Positions 1 to 10,025 are shown, counted from the first letter of the stretch. The stretch is DNA of 64,000 nt from Candidatus Bathyarchaeia archaeon (GCA_038882955.1 JAVZNC010000002.1:203691-267690); one strand, 5' to 3'. Translations and numbers: made by a program. The notes: a model not told the origin generated them from the sequence alone.

Positions 1-612
1 CTTTGTGAGGACTTCCACTTAGACGGAAGGATTCTTTTAATTTTTGAAGGTGTTGATGTTGAAGAGTGTAGCAGCGTTAAGCACAATCCTGTTGAACCTA
101 AAAGAATACTTTATGTAGGAGCCTTAAGGGGTTACAAGAATGTTGATAAAATCATTGAAGGCTTTGCTCAATTAGTGAAGAATGGCGTGGGAAGCTTTAA
201 GTTGGTTATCGTGGGTGACGGACCGGAGCGTCCGTTTTTAGTTAACTTGGCTTATAAATTGGGTATTAATGGGCTGGTGGAGTGGAAGTCTGGGTTGACG
301 CGACAGCAACTGTTGAATGAGTATGCTAGAGCCAGCGTTTTTGTCCATTTGTCTCCGTTGGAAAGTTTTAGCCGCGTTGTTTACGAAGCACTTTTAATTG
401 GTGTTCCAACAGTTGTTTTAAATTTTGGTGCAACAGAACACTTGGTTAAGGAAGGATTTGCAGAGGGAGTTAGCTCTCTTAGCGCAAAAGAAATTGCAGA
501 GGCGATTTCAAAAGCCCTTATGAGAATACATAGCAAAATTGAAGGTTCAAATTTTTTGAGTTGGAAAGAGTATTTAAATAAACTCATCGAACTTTATCAT
601 AGCTTAGTGTAG
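1..612 (+). CDS. Glycosyltransferase family 4 (GT-B fold), C-terminal part. The 5' end lies outside the window.
   Basis: Frame 1 is open from base 1. The translation ...ILYVGALRGYKNVDKIIEGF..LVIVGDGPERPFL..SPLESFSRVVYEALLIGVPTVV is a typical GT4 C-terminal Rossmann half with an E-x7-E-like donor motif. Confidence 0.75.
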   Translation, partial: LCEDFHLDGRILLIFEGVDVEECSSVKHNPVEPKRILYVGALRGYKNVDKIIEGFAQLVKNGVGSFKLVIVGDGPERPFLVNLAYKLGINGLVEWKSGLTRQQLLNEYARASVFVHLSPLESFSRVVYEALLIGVPTVVLNFGATEHLVKEGFAEGVSSLSAKEIAEAISKALMRIHSKIEGSNFLSWKEYLNKLIELYHSLV

Positions 613-653
613 TTTGTGTAAGAGCATTTAACCAGCCTAGTAGTTGATCGGAG

Positions 654-1427
654 ATGGTTGAGAAAGTTAAAGGAAATCTGAAGCTGTTTTATGAGGAAGA
701 GGCAAGACGTTTGTCTTCACATCAAGATTTCATGTATTTGAAGGGAAACAAATATGAATTATGGTGGCATAGGAAACGGCTGCGTTATATACTCTCTTTT
801 CTTTCTGAAATTTTTGGTCAGGATAGCGTGATGACGTTTGTTGATGTTGGTTGCGCAGAGGGTTATTACGTTAAAATTGTGGCTAAAATGCAAAAAGAAA
901 CCTTCTGTGTTGGCGCTGATATAGCTAGGACATACGTGGAAAAGGCGAAGAAAAATTGCAATCTTTCGAACGTTGACTATGTAGTTTGCGATGTTGAAAA
1001 TTCCCCTTTTAAAACAGAATCTATTGACATTGTGCTTTGTTCTGAGGTTTTAGAGCATGTGTTTAACTATAAAAGCGCAATTTTTGAGCTGTTTAGAATT
1101 AGTGGAAAGCATCTTGTGGTATCTTTTCCGGGACACACATTTGTATACAAGTTCATTCGAAAGATAAAACCTCTTCAGAGGCTTTCCGAGAAGATGGCGA
1201 AAGATGTGGGACACATATCTGAAGTGAAAATTGAAGATTTGCGAGAAAAGGTAGGAAATTATGCGTCATTTCAGATAAAAATTGGGGGTTCGCTTCCATT
1301 GCAGTTGGTTAGATTGATTCCGTCAATTAAGTTGGTTGAATTAATTGATGAGTTAATCTGTGGCGTTCTAATACGCCTTAATATGGTGGAATATGTAACC
1401 ATACACGTTGTGAAAGTAACAAGATAA
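654..1427 (+). CDS. Class I SAM-dependent methyltransferase.
   Basis: Motif I is VDVGCAEGYY. The post-II region is DIVLCSEVLEHV. It lies in a glycosylation gene cluster. Confidence 0.75.
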   Translation: MVEKVKGNLKLFYEEEARRLSSHQDFMYLKGNKYELWWHRKRLRYILSFLSEIFGQDSVMTFVDVGCAEGYYVKIVAKMQKETFCVGADIARTYVEKAKKNCNLSNVDYVVCDVENSPFKTESIDIVLCSEVLEHVFNYKSAIFELFRISGKHLVVSFPGHTFVYKFIRKIKPLQRLSEKMAKDVGHISEVKIEDLREKVGNYASFQIKIGGSLPLQLVRLIPSIKLVELIDELICGVLIRLNMVEYVTIHVVKVTR

Positions 1428-1450
1428 TTGTTAAAACTTTTAATATCTCG

Positions 1451-3994
1451 TTGTCATTAGTGGATAAAAAGTTGTCTGGGCGGGGAGATATGCTGGCTGT
1501 GTTTGCGCAGTTGCTTCTTGTTTGTTTTCTTTTAATAGTTGATGGTGAACCTTTTAGATTTTTTATTTTGCGTCGGTTTAAACTTTTTTCGAATTTAGAT
1601 GTAATGCAAATATGTGTTCTTAACATTTATCTTGGCGGAATGTTTTTTTATGCAATTGGCGTGTTGCCCTTTAAACTTTTTAATTATACGGTAATTTTAG
1701 GTTTTACAGCTTTAAGCTTATTTCTTTCTTTTATTGTACACTTTGATGCTTTGAAAGGAATTGCAAACATGCTTAAAGTGAAGAGTTCCGTTGTGAGAGT
1801 CAATAGAAAAACTTTCTCTGCATATTTGCTTGTTTTTGTCATGTTTATAATTTTTCTTGTTATCAACCTTTTTTCTGTTGCAAGTTTCGTTTTTGGAAGT
1901 GTGCGCGATGAGTCTATTCATTCTCTTTTTGTCCAAGTAATTTTGGAGAATGGAAATATTCCATTAACTTTGCAGCCATATTTACAAGAAGGTATAATTT
2001 ATCCTCAAGCGGCGCATGTCATCTTTGCTTTTGCATCTTACTTTTTGAGCATGGAGATTCCTCAAGTTGTTTTTTATGTTACTATACTTTTTAAGGCGTT
2101 ATCCGTGGTTGCTGCGTATTCTTTGGGTTTGAAATTAGGTTTTGATAAAAGTTCTAGTGCACTTTTAAGTTTTGTTTTTGCCTTCATTTCAAGCTGGCCT
2201 TTATTTATAACTTGGGGAGGAAATCCCTTTGCGGTTGGTTTTCCTCTTTTTCTTGTTTGTTTGGGGATGTTGTTGCCACTTCTTGGATCCACTGAAAGAT
2301 ATGGTTATGCTGAACTTTTAGCTTTAGGTTTCATTTTTGGTTACTTGGGAGCTATTATTTTATCATATCTTCAAGTGCTCATGGTTATTGCCCTTTTTGT
2401 TTTAATTTACTATGCTGCTAGAAAGCGCAGCGCCTCTCGTCTTCTAGGCGAGTTTGTTGTAATTTTTTGCACCAGTTTGCTTCCGCTGAGTCCTTTTTTG
2501 TATAGGTTTTTCATTTTCTATCATTATCCTGGACATAACATTGGTATTCCTTCTGATTTTATGGGATGGACGAGCCAGCAACTCGGCATAACGCAAGCTC
2601 TTCAATGGGCATTTGACAACTTATCTCCTTATATATTGCTTCGATTGTTGATTTTAACCTTTTTAGTGGCTCTTGTTGTTTTAATACGGAGGACGAGAGA
2701 TTATGGGGACGTTAAGCGTACTGTTGCTTTTGCCTTAGTAATTTTTGTTAGTGCAACGGCGCTGTCGTTTCTGTCGTTCTTTCTTCCTGCAGACTTTGGC
2801 GTCGTATCTTGGGGGCATCAAGGAATAATAATGTCGATTTCCATAAATTTGTTAATTTTTGCTTTTTACATAAAAGCGGCGAAGATATTGAGTAACTGGC
2901 TGAAAGATCATTTGCCTCGTGTAGTTTTCTATAAGCATCTTTGCCTCTCATCCCTTCTGACTTTTACTTTACTTTCGTTAGTAACTGTTCCATTTTTGTA
3001 CTATAGAGTCGTGGTTGATCCTGTGGCTCTTCAAGGTGCTTATAACGTCTACGGTGTTACCACGGTGGATGATTATAATTTGATGTTGTGGATGAAAGAA
3101 AATTTGTCGCTTAGTGCTGTGGTTTTGGTTCATCCATACGAGGCTGGCTTGTTTATTCCATCAGTTTCTCATCATAGGATAGTTTTTCCTTATTCTGGCA
3201 GTACTTTTAGTAGGCGTTATCAGACGGTTGTGGGATTAATAGAAAATCGGACGATGAATACAACAGCCTATGATTTGATGCGGGATCTTGGTGTTTCTCA
3301 CGTCTTTGTTGGTGCTCAAGTTGCTTATTGTGAAGGATATTCCATTTGGGCTCCTGAACTTTTTCTTGGTAACCCCAATTTTAAACTTGTAAAGAATTTT
3401 GGCAGAGCCTACCTTTTTGAGTTGAATTACACTAATCCGAACATTGCCTTTTTGGATGATTTTGAGCATGATGTTTGGGATCAGAGCGGGTGGCAATACG
3501 GTTCTTTCGGAAATGGTTTAGGCAATGTGACGATTGCTGCTGGTTTCGGACAGAACGGATCACGATGCTTAATGCTTTCTGCTCAAGCTACGCCTGCAAT
3601 GCTTTATTGGGAACCTAAATATGTATATTGGGTTAGCAGAGAAATTTTTGTATTGAATAACTCGGAAGTTGCACTTTCATTTTACTTGGATGCGAGGAAA
3701 GGTTTTGGCGGAAACGATACATTCGCGTTAATAATTTCCGACGCCACAATCCCGCAATCCCTCGTAATAACTACTCCAAATGGAATTTACGATGAATTCG
3801 TAAACGCTATAAAGTTGGATAGTAATTATGGCACTTTTAACGTTAATTTAAGTGAAAAATGGCTACAAGTCTTCAACTCCTCTATGCCCCGATCCTTTAT
3901 TTTGCAACTCGCTAACTACGACTTTGATGGAGTAATAAATACAGTTTACATCGATGACATTAAAGTTATCTGTAAACCAATAGACCATACTTAG
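1451..3994 (+). CDS. Large polytopic membrane protein with a C-terminal extracytoplasmic domain. Possibly a GT-C-type glycosyltransferase.
   Basis: 847 aa with more than 12 hydrophobic helices in the first ~520 aa. A soluble, sequon-rich C-terminal half follows (NLS, NRT, NTT, NYT, NVT, NGS..). No WWDxG STT3 motif was seen. It is flanked by GT4 genes. The start codon is TTG. Confidence 0.45.
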   Translation: MSLVDKKLSGRGDMLAVFAQLLLVCFLLIVDGEPFRFFILRRFKLFSNLDVMQICVLNIYLGGMFFYAIGVLPFKLFNYTVILGFTALSLFLSFIVHFDALKGIANMLKVKSSVVRVNRKTFSAYLLVFVMFIIFLVINLFSVASFVFGSVRDESIHSLFVQVILENGNIPLTLQPYLQEGIIYPQAAHVIFAFASYFLSMEIPQVVFYVTILFKALSVVAAYSLGLKLGFDKSSSALLSFVFAFISSWPLFITWGGNPFAVGFPLFLVCLGMLLPLLGSTERYGYAELLALGFIFGYLGAIILSYLQVLMVIALFVLIYYAARKRSASRLLGEFVVIFCTSLLPLSPFLYRFFIFYHYPGHNIGIPSDFMGWTSQQLGITQALQWAFDNLSPYILLRLLILTFLVALVVLIRRTRDYGDVKRTVAFALVIFVSATALSFLSFFLPADFGVVSWGHQGIIMSISINLLIFAFYIKAAKILSNWLKDHLPRVVFYKHLCLSSLLTFTLLSLVTVPFLYYRVVVDPVALQGAYNVYGVTTVDDYNLMLWMKENLSLSAVVLVHPYEAGLFIPSVSHHRIVFPYSGSTFSRRYQTVVGLIENRTMNTTAYDLMRDLGVSHVFVGAQVAYCEGYSIWAPELFLGNPNFKLVKNFGRAYLFELNYTNPNIAFLDDFEHDVWDQSGWQYGSFGNGLGNVTIAAGFGQNGSRCLMLSAQATPAMLYWEPKYVYWVSREIFVLNNSEVALSFYLDARKGFGGNDTFALIISDATIPQSLVITTPNGIYDEFVNAIKLDSNYGTFNVNLSEKWLQVFNSSMPRSFILQLANYDFDGVINTVYIDDIKVICKPIDHT

Positions 3995-4002
3995 GCGGTT
4001 TT

Positions 4003-5133
4003 ATGAAGATACTGCATTTGATCGACTCATTCGATGCGAGATTCGAAAGAGACCAAATAAAATTAGTAGAATTGTTGGAAAGAAAGGGATACCGTAACAC
4101 AGTTATTACATCAAGGTTTTCATCCGATTGGAAGCATAGAAGAAAGGCAGAGTTTAAGCTTTGGGAGAAGAATTTTTCTCAAACAGAAATTTTACACGAA
4201 CCAAGTTTTAGAATTCCAACACCATTTTCGAGGGAACCCTCCACCATCTATTTACCTCTTAGACGAATTTTACATGATTTTGACATAATTCATGCATACA
4301 CTTTTGGTACATATTCATCTCTCTTGGGCGCCATTTTAAAAAAAGTAAAAAAATCCAAGCTTGTTATAAGATCTGATTTATCGGCATCTGCTTATTATAA
4401 AACTAAAAATAAAGCACTTTACAGAACAATAACAATGTACCCTTTCAGAGTCACAGATGCTGTTTATGCATATTCAATGTTAGAGAAACGCTATCTTGTT
4501 GATTTAGGAATTCAAAAAAGCAAAATATGGGTTATACCTCCGGGAATAGATTTTGATAAATTTTCCAAGAGTTCGATAGTTCCGAAAAGAGATATTACAA
4601 CAATTGGGTATTTGGGAAGGTTTTGTTTCGTTAAAGGTGTTCACAGGATAATTCCAGTGCTGCATGACTTATTGCGGAGAGAGGAAAAAGTTAGAGTATT
4701 CTTTACTGGTATAATTGAAGATGGTAAATATGCAGAAGATGTATTAAAGCAGCTTAAGCAGTTCAGAAATTTCCAATTCCTTGCTGACTTAAGCCTTTCT
4801 CCACTAAGATTCTACGATATGTGTGATATAATATTAGTGCCCTCTGTATCTGAAACAGGCGCAATAACAGTTTTGGAAGTAATGGCTTCTGGGAAAACTG
4901 TAATTGCCTCTGATATCAATCCTATTAATGAGTATATACAGCACGAATTCAACGGCTTTTTATTTCAGAATCAGGAGGAGTTATATTTTTACTTAAAAAA
5001 TCTAATAGAAAATCCAGATTTAATAGTTAAGATAGGTAAAAATGCGAGAGAGAGTGCAAAAAAATACGACTGGAAAATTATTATGCGCAGGTACGAGGAA
5101 ATGTATAAAAGTGTTATAAAAGGAGAAAAGTAA
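4003..5133 (+). CDS. Glycosyltransferase family 4.
   Basis: GYLGRFCFVKGV... and PSVSETGAITVLEVMASGKTVIASDINPINEYIQHEFNGFLF form the canonical GT4 E-x7-E region. Confidence 0.8.
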   Translation: MKILHLIDSFDARFERDQIKLVELLERKGYRNTVITSRFSSDWKHRRKAEFKLWEKNFSQTEILHEPSFRIPTPFSREPSTIYLPLRRILHDFDIIHAYTFGTYSSLLGAILKKVKKSKLVIRSDLSASAYYKTKNKALYRTITMYPFRVTDAVYAYSMLEKRYLVDLGIQKSKIWVIPPGIDFDKFSKSSIVPKRDITTIGYLGRFCFVKGVHRIIPVLHDLLRREEKVRVFFTGIIEDGKYAEDVLKQLKQFRNFQFLADLSLSPLRFYDMCDIILVPSVSETGAITVLEVMASGKTVIASDINPINEYIQHEFNGFLFQNQEELYFYLKNLIENPDLIVKIGKNARESAKKYDWKIIMRRYEEMYKSVIKGEK

Positions 5134-5152
5134 TTCCAAGAAACTGTTTGCT

Positions 5153-5677
5153 TTGGGTGGGGATAAAGTGAGGCTTGATGTTGGTTGTGGAAATGCTCCA
5201 ACTGGTGATGTTAATGTCGATCTTCAGGTTTCCGAATGACACCGTGATGGAGTAAAAATTTTTGCAAAGAAAATTCCAAATTTTGTTTATGCCTCAGTTT
5301 ATTTCCTACCCTTTCGCGATGACTGTTTCGATGAGGTTGTTTCTTACCATCTTCTGGAACATTTAGATACACCAATTTTAGCGCTTAAAGAGATGATCCG
5401 TGTATCAAAAAATACAGTTTCTGTTGTTGTCCCAGCCTTTGGATATCTAGGAGAATGCGGAGAACATATTTATACGTGGAGTGAAGGAAGCCTTTATAAC
5501 TTACTTCGCAAAAGTGGGTTGAAGAATGTCACGGTTTCCACAGGATGCTTTCGCGAAGTTAAAGGAAAAGTTTTGCGACGGCTCTATAAACGAAGCTACA
5601 TCCTCGGCAATTTTGCCATGATTTTCATGAAGAAATTATACCATATAGAGCTTCAAGGTAGAGGCCAAAAATATTGA
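5153..5677 (+). pseudogene. Class I SAM methyltransferase interrupted by an in-frame TGA at 5237-5239.
   Basis: One frame reads (L)GGDKVRLDVGCGNAPTGDVNVDLQVSE*HRDGVKIF..LPFRDDCFDEVVSYHLLEHLDTPILALKEMIRVSKNTVSVVVP. Motif I lies upstream of the stop and motifs II/III lie downstream. The ORF track only reports the 3' piece, 5393-5677. Confidence 0.6.
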
Positions 5678-5701
5678 ATGTTTAGTCAACCCGTTGTGCT
5701 C

Positions 5702-6769
5702 TTATTCAAGCTTATTTGAGAGCAATTTATTTTCTCTATTATCCGTTCTCCAGTTTTCGATCTTTCCCCACAGTGTTTGGCATCCTATGATTATTAGTGG
5801 ATATGTGACAATCCACGTGATAGAGTATAAGGGTCCATAATAATCATGAAAACTCCAAACATCCCCTCCGTTTACTCCAATTACAAAAATCGATACTATC
5901 CTTAAAATGTTAATAAAGTATGTTATTGCCGCTCCAACCAAAAAACAAATCACCTTCTTAACCATGGACATGCGGACGCCTTCCAAAAAAAGCACTATTG
6001 TAACACTGTATATCAAGAGGCTGTCGATACCTGCACAAGGCCATCCAATGCGTGCACCCCAAGACACACCACGCTGATCGTAAGCAATCAAAAGTGGCAT
6101 CGTAGAACCTAAGTACAAAGACGTGCGATATCCAATGAAGTTAAGCATTTTAGACGCCAAACTCGCTGTTGTAGGGACAAGAATTTGAAAGGGAACAAAC
6201 CCCGCAGAGTAAAGGTTGTCTATCATGTAAACCGTCCCGATTACTCCCAAAAAAAGTGTGGGAACCGAGAAATTCCTAAAGCCAACAGTCCCATACTCAA
6301 GAACAGTCAATAAAGCAAAAACCACCGCAAACACAAGATATTCAATTGAAAGAGGGATAACTTCCGGATATAAAGAAGCAAATGTTATACCCTGCTCAAT
6401 CGCCAAATCATTTATCGCGTTATTCAATCCCAAAAAGTTTCCAGCAATAACATATAACGTCGGCAACCAAAAAACCACAAGAAACACTATACCTCTAATG
6501 GACTTAACACTTTTAATTCTATGATCCTTGAACGCGTCCCATTTTAAAATAATTTCCATCAATATTAGCCATAAAAAGAATATGTAATAAGTCCTTCCCT
6601 TCCAAGTTTTCCCAAAGGAAATTGGATCAATGCAGTATAAAATTATCATGGGGATTAGAAAACTTATAAAGGGTAAAAATCTTGGGATTAGAGCAATAAT
6701 TTTCTTTTTATTCGCAGCGAAACTTTCCATTAACCTTCTCCATTTCCAAACCACGGACAATTTCTCCAC
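5702..6769 (-). CDS. Archaeosortase/exosortase-family transpeptidase.
   Basis: Polytopic membrane protein with the ordered Cys-Arg-His signature of the family: RIGWPCAGIDSLLIY, then YFINILRIVSIF about 44 aa later, then SFHDYYG. An alternative start is at 6730. Confidence 0.7.
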   Translation of the reverse strand: MEKLSVVWKWRRLMESFAANKKKIIALIPRFLPFISFLIPMIILYCIDPISFGKTWKGRTYYIFFLWLILMEIILKWDAFKDHRIKSVKSIRGIVFLVVFWLPTLYVIAGNFLGLNNAINDLAIEQGITFASLYPEVIPLSIEYLVFAVVFALLTVLEYGTVGFRNFSVPTLFLGVIGTVYMIDNLYSAGFVPFQILVPTTASLASKMLNFIGYRTSLYLGSTMPLLIAYDQRGVSWGARIGWPCAGIDSLLIYSVTIVLFLEGVRMSMVKKVICFLVGAAITYFINILRIVSIFVIGVNGGDVWSFHDYYGPLYSITWIVTYPLIIIGCQTLWGKIENWRTDNRENKLLSNKLE

Positions 6770-6894
6770 CGTGACCTAAATGGCTAATAACTTTAAAAGC
6801 ATTTAGACTAACTAAATCATTGTGCTTTTCAGCGAAAGAAGCTTAACATTTATTTTGTTTTATGCCATAAGTTTTTTAGCTGGCGTTGCCAAAG

Positions 6895-8112
6895 ATGAAT
6901 GTTTCCCACGAGTTTATTAAAAGAAAATTTGAAGAGTATTACAGAAAAAATTATACTTCAGTCCACGCGCCGTCAAGTATTGAACAAAGAGAATTTGGTT
7001 TTTTAACTTTTGACAGAAAAAACATGTTAAGGCATATGAGCTTCAAAACAAAAGAAAGTTTAGAATCATTTTTAAGAAGAGAAGTTTATGCGGATGTATA
7101 TTACTCTTGTGCCTATTACGAGAATCCCGAAGCCGATATGGAGATGAAGGGCTGGCTTGGCGCAGATTTAATTTTTGATATAGACGCAGATCACATACCA
7201 ACACTATGCGATAAGATTCATGACGAATGGAAATGTGGCAACTGCAGCTTCACGGGCAAAGGGATTACTCCAGAAAAATGTCCCATATGCGGCAGCGAAA
7301 AATTTGATGTGAACACTTGGCCTTGCGAAGAATGCTTATATTCTGCAAAGACGGAGACCATAAAGCTTCTGGAGATGTTAAAGCAAGATTTTGGCTTTTC
7401 AGATAATGAGGTTCACACGTTTTTTTCTGGGCATAGGGGTTACCACGTTCATGTTGAAAGCGATGCTGTCAAAACGCTTGATGCAATGGAACGAAAGGAG
7501 ATTGTGGATTATGTTTCAGCATTGGGCTTGAACATTGATGGTGTCATCCTAGCAGAAGAATCTTCGCGTAAATTTATGCACAGTTTTGGTTGGCCTAGGC
7601 GGTTGGCAGTGGGCATAGAAGACTTTATTGCAAGTGCTGGCGAAGAAGACTTTTTGAAGGCGGGACTTGAAAGACGCTCTGTTAGCGGGATAATACATAA
7701 TAGGGATTTAATTCTGAAAAACCTTCGAAGAACTGGAATGCTGGGCTATGTGAGGGGTATTGGCCCTAAAACGTGGACGAAAGTTGTTAGGCATATCGTA
7801 AAGTTGAAATCTGCAAGTATCGACACTGTTGTGACGACGGATACGCATCGGCTTATACGGTTGGCTGAAACCTTGAATAGTAAGACAGGCTTCAAAAAGG
7901 TAGAGTTTCCAGCCTCAACCATTGAAGATTTTGACCCGTTCAAAATGGCTGTAGCCTTTAAAGGCGGCTTTGTCGACGTGAAGGTTTATGATGCGCCAAA
8001 GTTCAGAATTGGCGAGGAAACATTTGGTCCATACAAAAATCAGAGGGTTGAGCTGCCAACGGCAGCGGCTGTTTTGCTTATCTGTAAAAATAGGGCGGAG
8101 GTTATAGCATAA
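6895..8112 (+). CDS. priS: DNA primase small (catalytic) subunit PriS.
   Basis: LIFDIDADH catalytic acidic motif, a Zn knuckle CGNC..CPICG, and SGHRGYHVHV. The ATG at 6895 is preferred over the TTG at 6886. Confidence 0.85.
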   Translation: MNVSHEFIKRKFEEYYRKNYTSVHAPSSIEQREFGFLTFDRKNMLRHMSFKTKESLESFLRREVYADVYYSCAYYENPEADMEMKGWLGADLIFDIDADHIPTLCDKIHDEWKCGNCSFTGKGITPEKCPICGSEKFDVNTWPCEECLYSAKTETIKLLEMLKQDFGFSDNEVHTFFSGHRGYHVHVESDAVKTLDAMERKEIVDYVSALGLNIDGVILAEESSRKFMHSFGWPRRLAVGIEDFIASAGEEDFLKAGLERRSVSGIIHNRDLILKNLRRTGMLGYVRGIGPKTWTKVVRHIVKLKSASIDTVVTTDTHRLIRLAETLNSKTGFKKVEFPASTIEDFDPFKMAVAFKGGFVDVKVYDAPKFRIGEETFGPYKNQRVELPTAAAVLLICKNRAEVIA

Positions 8113-8673
8113 TTGTACAAGACTCTATACGAAGCCTGGGAGTGCGAGGTCAAAAATCAAGCACTTCAAAAGCTTCCTCCAGACTTTTATGTTACGGTTG
8201 CAGATTATCTGCGAAGGCTTAGAGAAGAAAGTCGAATGCTAGATAAAAAGACTGTTAAGGCTAGCCTACTCAAACATGAACTGGTGAACGTGAAGCGTAT
8301 GGTTAATGAAATAGTCTTGACACGCTATAAGAAAGTAATTAATGTTTTAGCTAAGGGTGGAAAAATTCCGCAAGATGCATTGACGTCTGAAGAGGCGAAC
8401 ATTTATGGCGGAGCTACGCCTTTTGCGGATTCTGTCCAAAATTTTATCAAGAGCATTCTTCGAGGGTTTTTGCCAAAAACGGAAGTTAAAATTGTGCGTA
8501 AAAGGGTTGTTTTGCGTTTTTTGGCTGACGTCCCAGCAATAATTGGTGCAGATATGAAGACTTATGGTCCTTTTAAGGCTGAGGATGTAGCTTCACTACC
8601 AATTGAGAACGCTAACGTTCTTGTTAAGCAGGGTTTGGCTGAAATGGTTGAGTTTGGGGGGTTTGTGAGCTAA
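8113..8673 (+). CDS. gins51: GINS subunit Gins51 (Gins15 type, A-domain first).
   Basis: It follows the priS stop directly. The N-terminal LPPDFYVTVADYLRRL helix-bundle A-domain pattern is present. The priS-gins15 linkage is the arrangement known from Sulfolobus. Confidence 0.65.
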   Translation: MYKTLYEAWECEVKNQALQKLPPDFYVTVADYLRRLREESRMLDKKTVKASLLKHELVNVKRMVNEIVLTRYKKVINVLAKGGKIPQDALTSEEANIYGGATPFADSVQNFIKSILRGFLPKTEVKIVRKRVVLRFLADVPAIIGADMKTYGPFKAEDVASLPIENANVLVKQGLAEMVEFGGFVS

Positions 8674-8725
8674 AAAAGTATAAGTGTGAGTGTGTTTTCT
8701 TTATGCAAAGCTGGATGTGGTTTAG

Positions 8726-9001
8726 GTGAATGTTCCAAAGGAGATTAGGACTTACTGTCCAAAGTGTAAGAGTCACCAGTTGCATGCTGTGACGTTGTAC
8801 AAGGCTGGAAAGCGAAGGGCTCTCGCTAAGGGTGAGCGTCACCACGAGCGGGAAAAGAAGGGTTATGGCGGGCAAAAATATCCCCTTCAGAGGGAATTTT
8901 CAAAAACCACCAAGAAGCAGACTTTGAAGTTGAAGTGTAAGGTTTGCGGTTACACAAGGCATGGAGAAGGCATGCGCCTCAGAAAGTTGACAATCACCTA
9001 A
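8726..9001 (+). CDS. rpl44e: Ribosomal protein L44e (eL42).
   Basis: MNVPKEIRTYCPKCKSHQLH...KLKCKVCGY zinc ribbon. GTG start. Confidence 0.9.
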   Translation: MNVPKEIRTYCPKCKSHQLHAVTLYKAGKRRALAKGERHHEREKKGYGGQKYPLQREFSKTTKKQTLKLKCKVCGYTRHGEGMRLRKLTIT

Positions 9002-9017
9002 CGCGGAGGTTTAAGTT

Positions 9018-9215
9018 ATGAGTGAATGGGAGAAACTTATTCCAAGACCGCGGAGCAGCTTTGTCAGGGTGAAATGCCTCAAATGCGGTAACGAACAAAT
9101 AATCTTCAGTCACGCCACGAACAGGGTTAATTGTAATGTTTGCGGGACAGAACTTGCAGAGCCTTCTGGCGGAAAAGCGGTAATAAAAGGCGAGATGGTG
9201 CTAGTCTTCGAGTAG
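9018..9215 (+). CDS. rps27e: Ribosomal protein S27e (eS27).
   Basis: FVRVKCLKCGNEQIIFSHA..VNCNVCG zinc ribbon. Confidence 0.9.
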   Translation: MSEWEKLIPRPRSSFVRVKCLKCGNEQIIFSHATNRVNCNVCGTELAEPSGGKAVIKGEMVLVFE

Positions 9216-9236
9216 AACGAGGTGGTGGCAGCCTTT

Positions 9237-10025
9237 ATGTCTTTTAAGAAGCCAGAGTGGCCTGAAGTTGGGGATTTGGTTATAGCCACTATTGAGTCTG
9301 TTACTGATTATGGTGCTTACGTGAGACTTGATGAGTATGATAAGAAGGGGTTGCTGCACATTTCTGAAATTTCTTCTGCTTGGATTCGGAACATTCGGGA
9401 CTTTGTTCGTGAAAACCAAAAAGTTGTTTTGAAGGTTTTGCGGGTTGACACTGAAAAGGGGCACATAGACCTTTCTTTAAGGAGGGTTACAAAAAGGGAA
9501 AAAATTGAAAAGATTCTGTCTTGGAAACGCGAGCGGAAAGCCGAAAACCTGCTTAGAAACGTGGCGGAAAAGGTTGGCTTGCCGGTTGAGGAGGTTTACG
9601 AGAAAGCAGGGGCGCTAATGGAGAAGGAATACGGCTTATACGAAAGTTTTGAGAAGGCTGCGAGGGAAGGCGCTGGCTTTTTGGTTAAACTTGGAGTACC
9701 CGAGAAAATCGCCAACACTGTTGTTGATATTGCAAGGGAAAGAATGCCAGTGCCGATGGTTAAGGTGAAGGGAATAGTTGAACTTCGCTGTATGAAGCCT
9801 AACGGTGTTAAAATCATTAAAGAGGCTTTTTCGGAGGCTAAGAAGGCTGAAAAAGTTCGTGATGCGAAAATGCGGTTTTATGTTGTTGCAGCGCCAAAAT
9901 ATTGTATCGAGGTTATGGCGGAAAATTACAAGCATGCGGAAAGCACACTTCAGAGAGTTGCCGAAAATGTCGTTTCGAATGTTGTTAAGGCTGGTGGGCA
10001 GGGGGTTTTTAAGAGGGAAAAGTGA
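9237..10025 (+). CDS. eif2a: Translation initiation factor aIF2 alpha subunit.
   Basis: S1 domain: PEVGDLVIATIESVTDYGAYVRLDEY..GLLHISEISSAWIRNIRDFV. The gene has the typical length. Confidence 0.9.
   Translation: MSFKKPEWPEVGDLVIATIESVTDYGAYVRLDEYDKKGLLHISEISSAWIRNIRDFVRENQKVVLKVLRVDTEKGHIDLSLRRVTKREKIEKILSWKRERKAENLLRNVAEKVGLPVEEVYEKAGALMEKEYGLYESFEKAAREGAGFLVKLGVPEKIANTVVDIARERMPVPMVKVKGIVELRCMKPNGVKIIKEAFSEAKKAEKVRDAKMRFYVVAAPKYCIEVMAENYKHAESTLQRVAENVVSNVVKAGGQGVFKREK

Noticed and set aside
5237-5239. TGA in the methyltransferase as a selenocysteine or other recoding site.
   Set aside because: The position lies in a variable loop after motif I, not at a redox or catalytic Cys. I saw no obvious stem-loop downstream. 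TGA serves as a normal stop in adjacent genes.
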